A stretch of 64,000 bases of DNA from an uncultured Candidatus Cloacimonadota bacterium (lineage in GTDB: Bacteria; Cloacimonadota; Cloacimonadia; Cloacimonadales; Cloacimonadaceae). The DNA is taken from assembly GCA_964652645.1 (NCBI GenBank), contig CAZZCS010000002.1, forward strand, positions 402 to 64,401. Reading direction: 5' to 3'. The notes under the pieces are model-generated. The model was not told the origin of the DNA, did not search any database, and saw only the letters and a program-made list of their open reading frames with translations. Position 1 is the stretch's first letter. Each line of letters opens with the position of its first letter. The position numbers were made by a program, and so were the translations under genes. This document shows, one piece after another, positions 28,790 to 37,299 of the stretch.

Positions 28790-28869
28790 TTTCGCCTCAA
28801 GATCGCCTCGAGATCGCCTCGAGTACTCGAGGCGATCTCGAGGGGAACACGAAGCGAAGACGAGGCAAA
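28790..28869. repeat. composite palindromic intergenic repeat, copy 1
   Basis: 38-nt perfect palindrome at 28806-28843, centred on GAGT|ACTC. It is built from tandem GATCGCCTCGA units and flanked by degenerate TTCGCCTC / GAGGCGAA-type arms. About 72/80 positions match 62141-62220 in my hand alignment. Confidence 0.85.
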
Positions 28870-29013
28870 ATATCTCGGGGCTAAAGAGCAGTAAATCTGG
28901 TTAATCACCAGGCAACAGTTCTTTACTCTGGAGGAGCAAAAGATATTCTATAATAATACTGGGAAATGCCGTGATAACACCTATTATATCTATAAAAACA
29001 ATAGGAGATATCC

Positions 29014-30183
29014 ATGTTTGCAAGACTTATAAGAAATGGTGTTTACGCAATAGGGGTGCAGGATTGGGGACGCAGATTGTTTGATTCGTTGATCCCATTA
29101 CCGGACGGGACCAGTTACAATGCCTATCTGGTATGTGGCTCTGAGAAAACTGCTGTCATCGATACTGTAGATCCGTTGTTTGTAGATGAGTATCTGGCGC
29201 ATCTAGCGGAGGTGGAAAAACTGGATTATATCGTAAGCCTACACTCGGAACAGGATCATTCGGGAAGCATCCCCATGCTGCTGGAGCGTTTCCCAAAAGC
29301 TGAAGTGATATGCTCTCCCAAAGCCAGGGATCTGCTGGTGGAGCATTTGCTGCTCGATCCTGTAAAAATCCGTACGGTGGCAGATAACGAGATCATCTCT
29401 TTGGGAGATAAGACGCTACAATTTGTTCACACACCCTGGGTACATTGGCCAGAGACGATGGTGGCCTATCTGAAAGAAGATGGCATCCTCTTTAGTTGCG
29501 ACTTTCTGGGTTCGCATTCTGCGGGTACAGATCTCTATGACAACGGGGATCCTGCAGTCCTGGAGGCAGCAAAACGCTATTATGCCGAGATAATGATGCC
29601 CTTCCGTGCGATGATCCGCAGCAATCTCACAAAAATCAAGGGATTGGATTTCGATCTGGTTGCGCCGAGTCATGGGCCGATCTGGAATCATCCGGAGATC
29701 ATCATATCTGCTTATGAAGACTGGGTCTCGGACAGAGTGGAGAACAAGGTGGTAATTCCCTACATTTCAATGCATGGGAGCACCTTGAAGATGGTGAATC
29801 ACCTCACGAAAGAATTGGTAAAACGTGATGTGAAAGTGGAACTCTTTGATCTGGCTGTGACAGATATTGGAAAGCTCGCCATGGCTCTGTTGGATGCCGC
29901 CACGATTGTGATTGGCAGTCCCACTGTCCACGTAGGCCCTCATCCTGTGGTTGCCTATGCTGCAATTCTGGCAAACGCCATCAAGCCCAAAGCCAGGTAT
30001 GCTTCGGTGATCGGCTCCTATGGCTGGGCCACAAAAGTAGTGGATGGCATCCTGGGAATGGTGCCCAATCTCAAAGTCGAAGTACTCGGTTCTGTAATCT
30101 GCAAGGGCGAAGCCAAAGCTCCCACTCTCCAGGAACTTAGCGATCTGGCAGAACTCATCGCCACGAAGCACAAGGAAATATAA
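29014..30183 (+). CDS. flavodiiron protein (FprA-type A-type flavoprotein)
   Basis: Metallo-beta-lactamase-like di-iron motif HSEQDHSGS (HxExDH), plus a C-terminal flavodoxin domain (VVIPYISMHGSTLKM). AGGAG RBS. Confidence 0.88.
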   Translation: MFARLIRNGVYAIGVQDWGRRLFDSLIPLPDGTSYNAYLVCGSEKTAVIDTVDPLFVDEYLAHLAEVEKLDYIVSLHSEQDHSGSIPMLLERFPKAEVICSPKARDLLVEHLLLDPVKIRTVADNEIISLGDKTLQFVHTPWVHWPETMVAYLKEDGILFSCDFLGSHSAGTDLYDNGDPAVLEAAKRYYAEIMMPFRAMIRSNLTKIKGLDFDLVAPSHGPIWNHPEIIISAYEDWVSDRVENKVVIPYISMHGSTLKMVNHLTKELVKRDVKVELFDLAVTDIGKLAMALLDAATIVIGSPTVHVGPHPVVAYAAILANAIKPKARYASVIGSYGWATKVVDGILGMVPNLKVEVLGSVICKGEAKAPTLQELSDLAELIATKHKEI

Positions 30184-30200
30184 ACCAGCATAAAATACAA

Positions 30201-30233
30201 ATAGGGACGTGGGGCAAATCCCCAGGTCCCTAT
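30201..30233. terminator. bidirectional hairpin between convergent genes
   Basis: ATAGGGAC-G-TGGGG-caaat-CCCCA-G-GTCCCTAT is a 14-bp stem lying between the FDP stop (30183) and the AhpD-like stop (30255). Confidence 0.65.
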
Positions 30234-30254
30234 CTGTTGATGGTATTATAGTAT

Positions 30255-30590
30255 CTACTCAGCCAGAGCAGCCCAATACTCGTTTGCTCTGCGGAGATGG
30301 GGAATCACGATGGAACCGCCAACCACCAGGGCAATTGATAGCGCTTCTTGCAATTCCGCATCAGTCACACCGGCAGATTTGCATTGATCCAGGTGGTAGC
30401 AGATGCAATCGTCACAGCGTAGTACCATGGAGGCCACGAGACCCAGGAGTTCTTTGGTCTGATGCGTCAAAGCACCCTCTTCGTAAGCTGAGGAGTCCAG
30501 GTTGAAAAAGCGTTTGGTTACCAGGCTTGCCTTGCTAAGGGTGAGAGAATTCAGCCTCTCTCTGGTGGCTCTGAAATCATCTGGTTTCAT
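30255..30590 (-). CDS. carboxymuconolactone decarboxylase / AhpD-like family protein
   Basis: CDDCICYH matches the AhpD-type CxxCxxxH redox motif. Start set at the ATG at 30590, 1 nt after the upstream ADH stop; the track ORF extends to 30695 inside the ADH gene. Confidence 0.78.
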   Translation of the reverse strand: MKPDDFRATRERLNSLTLSKASLVTKRFFNLDSSAYEEGALTHQTKELLGLVASMVLRCDDCICYHLDQCKSAGVTDAELQEALSIALVVGGSIVIPHLRRANEYWAALAE

Positions 30591-30591
30591 C

Positions 30592-31680
30592 TTACTTGCT
30601 GAGTTCCTCAAAGATTTTGCGGATGGAATCCGAACTGATCTCCATCGGGTTATTGGCCATGTTTCGGCTGGAGAGGACTTCTTCCAGCTTTTCATCGATA
30701 AAAGACTGTGGAAGATGAATATCTACAGACATCTGCAGGGTCTCCAGCCATTGATAAAACTGTTTGCGGCTGATGCCAAGATAGGAAAAGAGAGCTTCCA
30801 GAGGCTTGGAAACCATGGGGTAATATAGCTCCATGATGCTTTTCATCACGATGCCATTGGCCAGGCCGTGGGGGATATCATATTCTGAGGTGAGCGGGTA
30901 TCCGATCGAGTGCTGGAGGGTGGTACTGGTCTGAGCAATGGCCAGGCCACCATAGAGTGAGGCACGCATCAGCTCTGTTCTGGCTGTCATGTTTTCCGGT
31001 TCTTTGAGGGCGATGGGCAGGTAGTGATACACGGATTTGACTCCGCTAAAGATCTGGGGATAAAGTAATTCGCTGCGTTTATTGGAATAGATGCCTTCCA
31101 GAAGGTGGCTGAGGGCATCTACACCCGTATTGAGAGTAACCGTCCTGGAAGTGCTGATAGTATATTTTGGGTTCACGATGGACAGGCTAGGGAAGGCATA
31201 TTCGCTCCCAAAGCCAGCCTTCTTTTTCTGTGCCTTGTCTGTAAGGACAGAGTAGGGCGTTACTTCAGATCCGCTACCGGCTGTGGTGGGCACAGCTACG
31301 ATGGGAAAGCGGCAGGAAAACCTGGATGTATCATAGATGTTGTGTTTATCCAGCTTGTTTGCAGCAGTCAGCGAAATTGCCTTCGCTGCATCCAGAGGGC
31401 TTCCCCCGCCTATCCCGATGATAAAATCGCAATCGTTTACCACAAAAGCGGTTACGCCATCGATGACGGTGTCCAGATCGGGATTTTGGGGCACTCTATC
31501 ATAGATATGATGCTTGATCTGATGACGGGAGAGCACATCCAGTACATCATCCAAAGCTCCGCTGGCTTTGGCAGAGGTGTTTCCGGTTACAATCAGGGCT
31601 TTGCTGCCCAGCTTGATTAGCTGCTCTTGCGCTTGCGACAGTGCATTCTCAGAAAAATATATCCGACAGGGATTATACAT
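30592..31680 (-). CDS. iron-containing (group III) alcohol dehydrogenase
   Basis: GIGGGSPLDAAKA, VAVPTTAGSGSE and a His-rich metal site (HSIGYPL...HG). Start set at the ATG at 31680 with GGAGGT 4 nt upstream. Confidence 0.85.
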   Translation of the reverse strand: MYNPCRIYFSENALSQAQEQLIKLGSKALIVTGNTSAKASGALDDVLDVLSRHQIKHHIYDRVPQNPDLDTVIDGVTAFVVNDCDFIIGIGGGSPLDAAKAISLTAANKLDKHNIYDTSRFSCRFPIVAVPTTAGSGSEVTPYSVLTDKAQKKKAGFGSEYAFPSLSIVNPKYTISTSRTVTLNTGVDALSHLLEGIYSNKRSELLYPQIFSGVKSVYHYLPIALKEPENMTARTELMRASLYGGLAIAQTSTTLQHSIGYPLTSEYDIPHGLANGIVMKSIMELYYPMVSKPLEALFSYLGISRKQFYQWLETLQMSVDIHLPQSFIDEKLEEVLSSRNMANNPMEISSDSIRKIFEELSK

Positions 31681-31815
31681 TGTACCTCCATCCAGGACAC
31701 AATTTGATTCACAATCTGCCACACGCTATCTGTATTATGGATTCTTGTCAACCTCTTTGTCTGCCTTACATTTGCATATCTGGCATAGCCGGAGCCAATA
31801 AATCACATGTTTTGA

Positions 31816-31843
31816 TTGACGTAATCCAGGATCTGAGTAGATT
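31816..31843 (+). promoter_or_regulatory. sigma-70-like promoter
   Basis: TTGACG (31816-31821), a 16-nt spacer, then TAGATT (31838-31843), about 50 nt upstream of the ATG at 31895. Confidence 0.45.
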
Positions 31844-31894
31844 GTATGCAAAATGGCTCAAGACTCAGCCAAATTACTTCGTAAAGGGAATGCA

Positions 31895-32365
31895 ATGAGG
31901 AAATCCTTACTGATCCTGGCTTTTAGCGCCTTTCTGATAACACTGTTTGGTCAATCGGGACTCTTTGACCTCTATTATGATGCAGACATCGAAACAGCTC
32001 ATGAAATTCTATCCGAAAATGGGTTTGAATTATTTGATGTGCGCGGTAATATTGGTATTTACAAGAGCGAGACCAACTTATTCGTTGATAGCATCTTGCT
32101 GCTGGCAGATATCAAGACAGACACGCTGGTGGGCTGGCTCGTAAAGTATGAAAAAGATAACTCTGCAGAACAGGATAGCTTCGTTCTGGATACAATTGCC
32201 AAAATGTATGGCGAAACAAATCATTACGACGAAGATACCGATCAGTTGATCTGGTTTCTGAGTGATATACGGACAGTTCACGTCATGTACGGTTCCCAGG
32301 ATGAATTGATTGTATTATACTATGATGCACGGCATCCGGGGCTCTTTTCCCTGGATAAAAAATAA
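31895..32365 (+). CDS. hypothetical secreted protein
   Basis: Signal peptide MRKSLLILAFSAFLITLFGQ. I recognise no motif. Start chosen at the signal-peptide Met. Confidence 0.5.
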   Translation: MRKSLLILAFSAFLITLFGQSGLFDLYYDADIETAHEILSENGFELFDVRGNIGIYKSETNLFVDSILLLADIKTDTLVGWLVKYEKDNSAEQDSFVLDTIAKMYGETNHYDEDTDQLIWFLSDIRTVHVMYGSQDELIVLYYDARHPGLFSLDKK

Positions 32366-32395
32366 GCTAACTACAAGACCGATATGGAGGTTTTT

Positions 32396-32737
32396 ATGAC
32401 CAAACAATTGCTAATTGTGATGCTGCTTGTCTTGTTGGCTCTGGGCTTACAGGCACATCCAGCCGGTAATGTGAAGGCAGAATACAACGCTACTACGCAG
32501 CTTCTGAGCGTAAGCTTCGCTCATAAAGTGCGGGATGCGGCAGATCATTACATCGTAAATGTAACTGTTCAGGTAAATGGTAAAAAGGCTATCGAGCAAG
32601 TATTGTCCAGACAGGAAAACCCGGATGGAGGCACGCTTGTTTACAAAATGGTAGGCCTCAACAAAGGAGACAAGCTCAGCGTCGCCACAGATTGTAACAA
32701 GGGCGGGAAACGAACGGCCAATATCACTATTGAATAA
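32396..32737 (+). CDS. hypothetical small secreted protein
   Basis: Signal peptide MTKQLLIVMLLVLLALGLQA, then an all-beta-looking region of about 90 aa. GGAGG lies 6 nt before the ATG at 32396. Confidence 0.5.
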   Translation: MTKQLLIVMLLVLLALGLQAHPAGNVKAEYNATTQLLSVSFAHKVRDAADHYIVNVTVQVNGKKAIEQVLSRQENPDGGTLVYKMVGLNKGDKLSVATDCNKGGKRTANITIE

Positions 32738-32750
32738 ACATTATGCCCTA

Positions 32751-32788
32751 TAAAAAACAATCCCCAAAGCACTGCTTTGGGGATTGTT
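32751..32788 (-). terminator. intrinsic terminator after the M28 peptidase gene
   Basis: The minus strand reads ACAATCCCCAAAGC-agt-GCTTTGGGGATTGT followed by TTTTTTA. It may also stop the convergent plus-strand gene. Confidence 0.75.
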
Positions 32789-32803
32789 GTATCAGGATAG
32801 GTT

Positions 32804-35728
32804 TTATCTGATTTTCATAATTTTGCGGATACTGCTGGAACCGTTCTGGCTAGCTTTCAAGAGATAGATCCCTGTTGCCACGCTATTGCCGTTCTCGTCC
32901 AGTCCATCCCAATGATAGCTCTGTTTTGCTGACGGAGGTAATCCCTTGTTGATGGTCTTTACCAATTGGCCTTTGAGGTTGTAAACTCCGACAGAGAGCG
33001 GGTGTAGAGCACTTTTGCTATCGACGGTGAAACTGGTAGTGCGAGAGAATGGATTGGGGTATGCTGGAGAGACAGCGATTCCTGCAGGAGGTGCAAGAGC
33101 AGGGTCACTATTTGAGACCTCTGCATTGAAGAGATTGCCAAATACATGCTCCACCAGTACTTTGGCTGTCTGCTGATCCATGTTGTAGAGAGGGAAGCTG
33201 ATCGTGACCACCTTGCCTGGATCGGCATCATAATAAACACCAACTGGCGAGCCGTTTAGCAGTCCCTGAGCCGAATCATCGGCATAATCCGAGGCATAGC
33301 TGTAAATATTTATGGCTTCATCAGAGGCGGAGATAGATTCCACCTTCAAAATATGTCCGTTCATTGAAGCTGTGGTTTTATTTGGATCCACCGTGATGGT
33401 AGGGAAACCATCCTGGAGGGAAACAGCGCTTTTGAAGCGAGTCGCCTGGGCATAATCTGCACTGGCGATACCAAAGGTATTGTTTATAATCCTGCCGGAA
33501 TCGAAGGTGGCGGGATAGCCTCCATTGAGTTCAATCGCCATTGTAGGGAAGTAGGAAGTGACAAAGAGCTTGCCACCCAGTTCTATATACCGTTTAATCG
33601 CGTCTCTGTGGTTGAAGAGGGTATCAAAGTCTGATTGATCAAAACCATGCCAGAAGATGGATTCGTAGATGCCGATATCTGCCAGTTTGAAAGAATTAAC
33701 AGTTTCCAGATCCATAATGGAGTGGGCATAGGAACTCATTACATACTCGATAAATTCCAGGACTTGAGCTCCTGTCGGCTGGAATGGATTGGATCCATTG
33801 CCGTCCAGGGTCTCATCCATTACCAAAGCTCCGCGATTCAGGGTTACCGGCCGGCTGCGAAGGACAGCAGCAGTCTGGCTTTCGTTGCCATCGTTGTCCA
33901 CGGCAAACAATCGATAGTAATGATAATCATCAGGATTGGGCTGGTTTGTCTCCAGGTAGAAGTTGTCGGTTATCAAGCCGGGTGTGACGCTCTCTCCGGG
34001 AATGGAGGCATCATCGGATCGGAGCAGACGATACCCAGCCAGATCCAGCTCTTGATTTGGGGTCCAGGAGAGCTCAACAAATCCAATATCAGGACTGTCG
34101 GTAAAGGCTGAAGGAGTAAGGGGATAAAAGTAGGGAGTTCCACTAGCGGTTACAAAATAGCTTTCGTTCCCCTCGCCATCGACGGAACTAACTGCCACAT
34201 AGTAGGTTGTACCGCTTTGCAGACCTGTGATTTCATGCCAGCTCTCCTCTCCCGTCATGGGAGTCACCAGGGTGGGGTTTTGAAAGTTGGTACCGCTTGT
34301 GTTGTAATAAATGCGGTAATGATCTACCGCAGGATCGAGCGAATTTGCCCAGCGAACCATGAGCGAAGAGCCGGTGCCGGAGTCCTGCACCTGGACATTG
34401 GAGGGAGCAGAGACCATCATGCCATAAGTGGCGGCAATAGCTGCAGAGGCCCGGATGACTTCGGCAGCGTAGGGGCCGTTTACATAGTCTATAATATCAA
34501 GGTCACTATGATAATAAGGGCAGAAGATTTGTTCGAAGAAATAGGCAGCGGGATATCCTCGGGTCCAGAATGAGTGGCTATCGCTACCTGCGCTGTTAAG
34601 ACTCCCGTAGGTGGGGTTCAGGGTAGTATCTTGCTGGGTCAGCTGAGCTGCATACTGGCTGTGTTCCAGCGACCCCTCGTAGGGCATCAGGCGCACCTGC
34701 CAATTTGAGGGACTCTGAGTCGAGTATCCTATCATGTCGTGGTTTATCATCAGCAGGATCTCCTGTCCCGCTTGCAGGGCATCCTCGGCGTAATGCTTGC
34801 TCCCCCAGAGGCCTAGTTCTTCTGCTGCGAATGTGACAAAGCGAATGGAGTTATTCGGTGTGAAGTTACTGCTCATCATTACTCTGGCCATCTCCAATGC
34901 CGCTACGGTACCTGTCGCATTATCATCGGCACCAGGGGCAAAGACCATCGGCTCCCCTGTATTTACAATAGAATCGTGATGACCTCCCACGATTATGTAT
35001 TTATCAGGGTTTACGGCTCCTGGGATGGTGGCAACCACGTTGTACTGAGTGGTGTTGTAAATCTGAAAGGGCTGGATATGCGCATTGGAAATGCCAAAAC
35101 GAATAAACTGATCCCGGATCCAGGTCGCTACTTCCAGGCGATTTGGGGCAAAAAGATATCTGGTCTGGAAATCCTGCAGGTTTTGGATAAACCACATCAC
35201 GCTGTCTGCTTCCACCATATTTACAAGATCGGCAATATCGGTGCGCCAGGCGCTAGATACCTGCTTGGAGTCTTGCCGGGGCATTAGCTTGATCGGGCTG
35301 AAGTCAAACCGCACAAAGGGGCTGATCACTCTGGATCTCAGCTCTGGGGCATCATGTGAACTCTTGAGCAGGATCGTTTCTCCCAGGTCGAAAAGCTGTT
35401 TCCCGGCACTGGCTGTAATGCTTTCTGCGCGCTTGGGATGCTTGGTCACCAGGTATAGCCACTCGCTCAGAGGCAGACTCTCCTGATACTGAATCACACC
35501 GTGTGGATACTTGTCCAGAGCACCTTGTGACACTCCAGCAATAATGAATCTGCCATCATAATGATATATCTCAATCTCTGTATCCAGCTTGTGAGTAATG
35601 CTGTACAGATCCGCTTCGTTATAATAGGCGGAATAAGCATCGCGATCCAGGATCACGAGCTGCTCCGGCAATGCAAAGCCAAAGGCACACATCGCTACAA
35701 AGACTAGCACAATTATTGTTTGTTTCAT
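32804..35728 (-). CDS. secreted M28-family aminopeptidase with FN3-like repeats and a T9SS/FlgD-Ig-type C-terminal sorting domain
   Basis: M28 metal ligands are present in GGHHDS, GADDNATG and FAAEELGLWGS. The C-terminus is YPNPFSRTTSF...VYNLKGQLVKT...WDGLDENGNSVATGIYLLK. Confidence 0.8.
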   Translation of the reverse strand: MKQTIIVLVFVAMCAFGFALPEQLVILDRDAYSAYYNEADLYSITHKLDTEIEIYHYDGRFIIAGVSQGALDKYPHGVIQYQESLPLSEWLYLVTKHPKRAESITASAGKQLFDLGETILLKSSHDAPELRSRVISPFVRFDFSPIKLMPRQDSKQVSSAWRTDIADLVNMVEADSVMWFIQNLQDFQTRYLFAPNRLEVATWIRDQFIRFGISNAHIQPFQIYNTTQYNVVATIPGAVNPDKYIIVGGHHDSIVNTGEPMVFAPGADDNATGTVAALEMARVMMSSNFTPNNSIRFVTFAAEELGLWGSKHYAEDALQAGQEILLMINHDMIGYSTQSPSNWQVRLMPYEGSLEHSQYAAQLTQQDTTLNPTYGSLNSAGSDSHSFWTRGYPAAYFFEQIFCPYYHSDLDIIDYVNGPYAAEVIRASAAIAATYGMMVSAPSNVQVQDSGTGSSLMVRWANSLDPAVDHYRIYYNTSGTNFQNPTLVTPMTGEESWHEITGLQSGTTYYVAVSSVDGEGNESYFVTASGTPYFYPLTPSAFTDSPDIGFVELSWTPNQELDLAGYRLLRSDDASIPGESVTPGLITDNFYLETNQPNPDDYHYYRLFAVDNDGNESQTAAVLRSRPVTLNRGALVMDETLDGNGSNPFQPTGAQVLEFIEYVMSSYAHSIMDLETVNSFKLADIGIYESIFWHGFDQSDFDTLFNHRDAIKRYIELGGKLFVTSYFPTMAIELNGGYPATFDSGRIINNTFGIASADYAQATRFKSAVSLQDGFPTITVDPNKTTASMNGHILKVESISASDEAINIYSYASDYADDSAQGLLNGSPVGVYYDADPGKVVTISFPLYNMDQQTAKVLVEHVFGNLFNAEVSNSDPALAPPAGIAVSPAYPNPFSRTTSFTVDSKSALHPLSVGVYNLKGQLVKTINKGLPPSAKQSYHWDGLDENGNSVATGIYLLKASQNGSSSIRKIMKIR

Positions 35729-35966
35729 CTTTCCGACCTTCTTCTAGTATGTATAGTATTCTGTAGAGCAAATCCTATTCCGTAATCCAATATAACGTGC
35801 CGGGTACTACTGCTATGGAACTGGGGCATTGGATGGCAGAAAGTAACGCCGAAAATATACAAAACAGATATCAGGGCATATCATTATGATATACACAAGT
35901 GGAGAAGGCAGGGACGATCGTGTCATTACTATTTGATAAACAGTAGCTTACAGCTTTGGATAAGAT

Positions 35967-35982
35967 TGGCACAGAGCTTGCA
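35967..35982 (+). promoter_or_regulatory. sigma-54 (RpoN) -24/-12 promoter
   Basis: TGGCAC-agagc-TTGCA has the canonical GG-to-GC spacing of 12 nt. It lies 40 nt upstream of the ATG at 36022 (GGAGG RBS at 36012). Confidence 0.7.
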
Positions 35983-36021
35983 TATAGATAGATCAAATAT
36001 CGAAACACCGTGGAGGTTAAA

Positions 36022-37215
36022 ATGAAACGGACAATGATGATTATGCTACTGCTTGTGGTAACAGCCTCAATGCTGCTAGCTCAAACGTCGGTTATCGAGA
36101 GAAATGACGGTAGTTCCAAAGTAAAGATTACAATGAGCGAAGACGAACTGGTGAAAGAACAAGATGGTAAGATCGTACGTTTAAATCTGAATACTGGTGA
36201 AAGAACAGAGGGAGATCGTTCCTTTGCTGCTTTCTTTGGTATTTATGTAGAAGATATCACCTTCCCAAAGGCGCAAGTTTTGGGCTATAAAGATACCTAT
36301 GGCATCGTGATTACTGGTGTCACCAAGAATGGCCCAGCCTGGGAGTACCGTCTTTTGGAAGATGATATTATTATGGCTATCAATGGCGAAAAAGTGATGA
36401 ACAAAGCCGGTTTCGACAAGATTAGAGGCGGGCTTCGAGCTGAAGATAGAATCTCATTGGATATCTTTAGATCCGGCAAGATCGAAAAGATAGAGATGGT
36501 CGTGGGTTCGCGCGAAAAGGCCACCTCTGTACAGGTAAGCACCGAGTTGAAGAAGAAGAAGCTCAGCGCTGGTTACGGTGGTGGAAGCATGCTCTTTATG
36601 GGCTTCAAACCTGATATGGCAGATGTCAATGAGATATTGAACCAGATGGGTTATGAAGAGATGTCTGAAGATGGTTTGTTTATGACTGGCCTGGTGGGTA
36701 AGCTACCTGTCGGTAAAGGATATTTTATCGGTGGTTACGGTGCTGGATATACTGATGAGCAAAAGAAAGCTGTCACCAATTCCAATGGCGATGTCATCGG
36801 CACAAAGTGGCTGAACTATTCTACTGCAGTGGGTGGCGTTACCTTCGATAAGCGGATCCCCATTACCTCCAATTTTGTGACTGGTTTGGGACTAATGCTG
36901 GGTGGTGGCGGCCATACTTTGGAAGTTACCAAGACAGATGGCAACTATACCTGGCAAAACCTGGGAGATGACACAGACTTTACAAACTATACTCTCAGCA
37001 GAGGCTTTGTAGTTGTCCAGCCCAAAGCAGAGATCTATTATCGCCTGTTGAGTTGGCTGGCAATCAGAGCCGAAGCAGGTTATGTCTATGGCTATGCCCC
37101 GGCAAAGAGATGGAAGATCAACGGCTTTAGTGGAGATCAGTTTGATGTGACTGGTTCTCCAGAAACAGAGTTTCAGGGATTCTCAGTTTCCATAGGCCCC
37201 TGGTTCGGATTCTGA
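36022..37215 (+). CDS. PDZ-domain protein with C-terminal outer-membrane beta-barrel-like region
   Basis: Has a signal peptide. The PDZ core is GIVITGVTKNGPAWEYRLLEDDIIMAINGEKV. The C-terminal half is Gly/aromatic-rich with alternating strands and ends ...IGPWFGF (terminal Phe). Confidence 0.6.
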   Translation: MKRTMMIMLLLVVTASMLLAQTSVIERNDGSSKVKITMSEDELVKEQDGKIVRLNLNTGERTEGDRSFAAFFGIYVEDITFPKAQVLGYKDTYGIVITGVTKNGPAWEYRLLEDDIIMAINGEKVMNKAGFDKIRGGLRAEDRISLDIFRSGKIEKIEMVVGSREKATSVQVSTELKKKKLSAGYGGGSMLFMGFKPDMADVNEILNQMGYEEMSEDGLFMTGLVGKLPVGKGYFIGGYGAGYTDEQKKAVTNSNGDVIGTKWLNYSTAVGGVTFDKRIPITSNFVTGLGLMLGGGGHTLEVTKTDGNYTWQNLGDDTDFTNYTLSRGFVVVQPKAEIYYRLLSWLAIRAEAGYVYGYAPAKRWKINGFSGDQFDVTGSPETEFQGFSVSIGPWFGF

Positions 37216-37272
37216 CCCCCCAAAGAAAATATAGTACACAAGCATCAAAAAAAACCCCTCCTGAATCCTGGT

Positions 37273-37299
37273 AAGCCCTTCGAAAGAAGGGCTTTTTTA
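37273..37299 (+). terminator. intrinsic terminator
   Basis: AAGCCCTTC-gaaa-GAAGGGCTT followed by TTTTT. It overlaps the dtd stop codon. Confidence 0.8.

Noticed and set aside
28801-28823. The tandem GATCGCCTCGA units might be a degenerate CRISPR or minisatellite array.
   Set aside because: There are only 2-3 units of 11 nt with no spacers, the units are mirrored as an inverted repeat, and no cas genes are present. The structure is a palindromic repeat element, not CRISPR.
32396-32737. A superoxide-reductase-like ligand pattern in the small secreted protein: an N-terminal HP, AHKVRDAADHYI resembling HPMxxxHYI, and a C-terminal DCNKGG resembling CNxHG.
   Set aside because: The His-His spacing is 7 residues, not 5, the His after CN is missing, and the protein carries a signal peptide. 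The resemblance is probably coincidental, so I left it as hypothetical.
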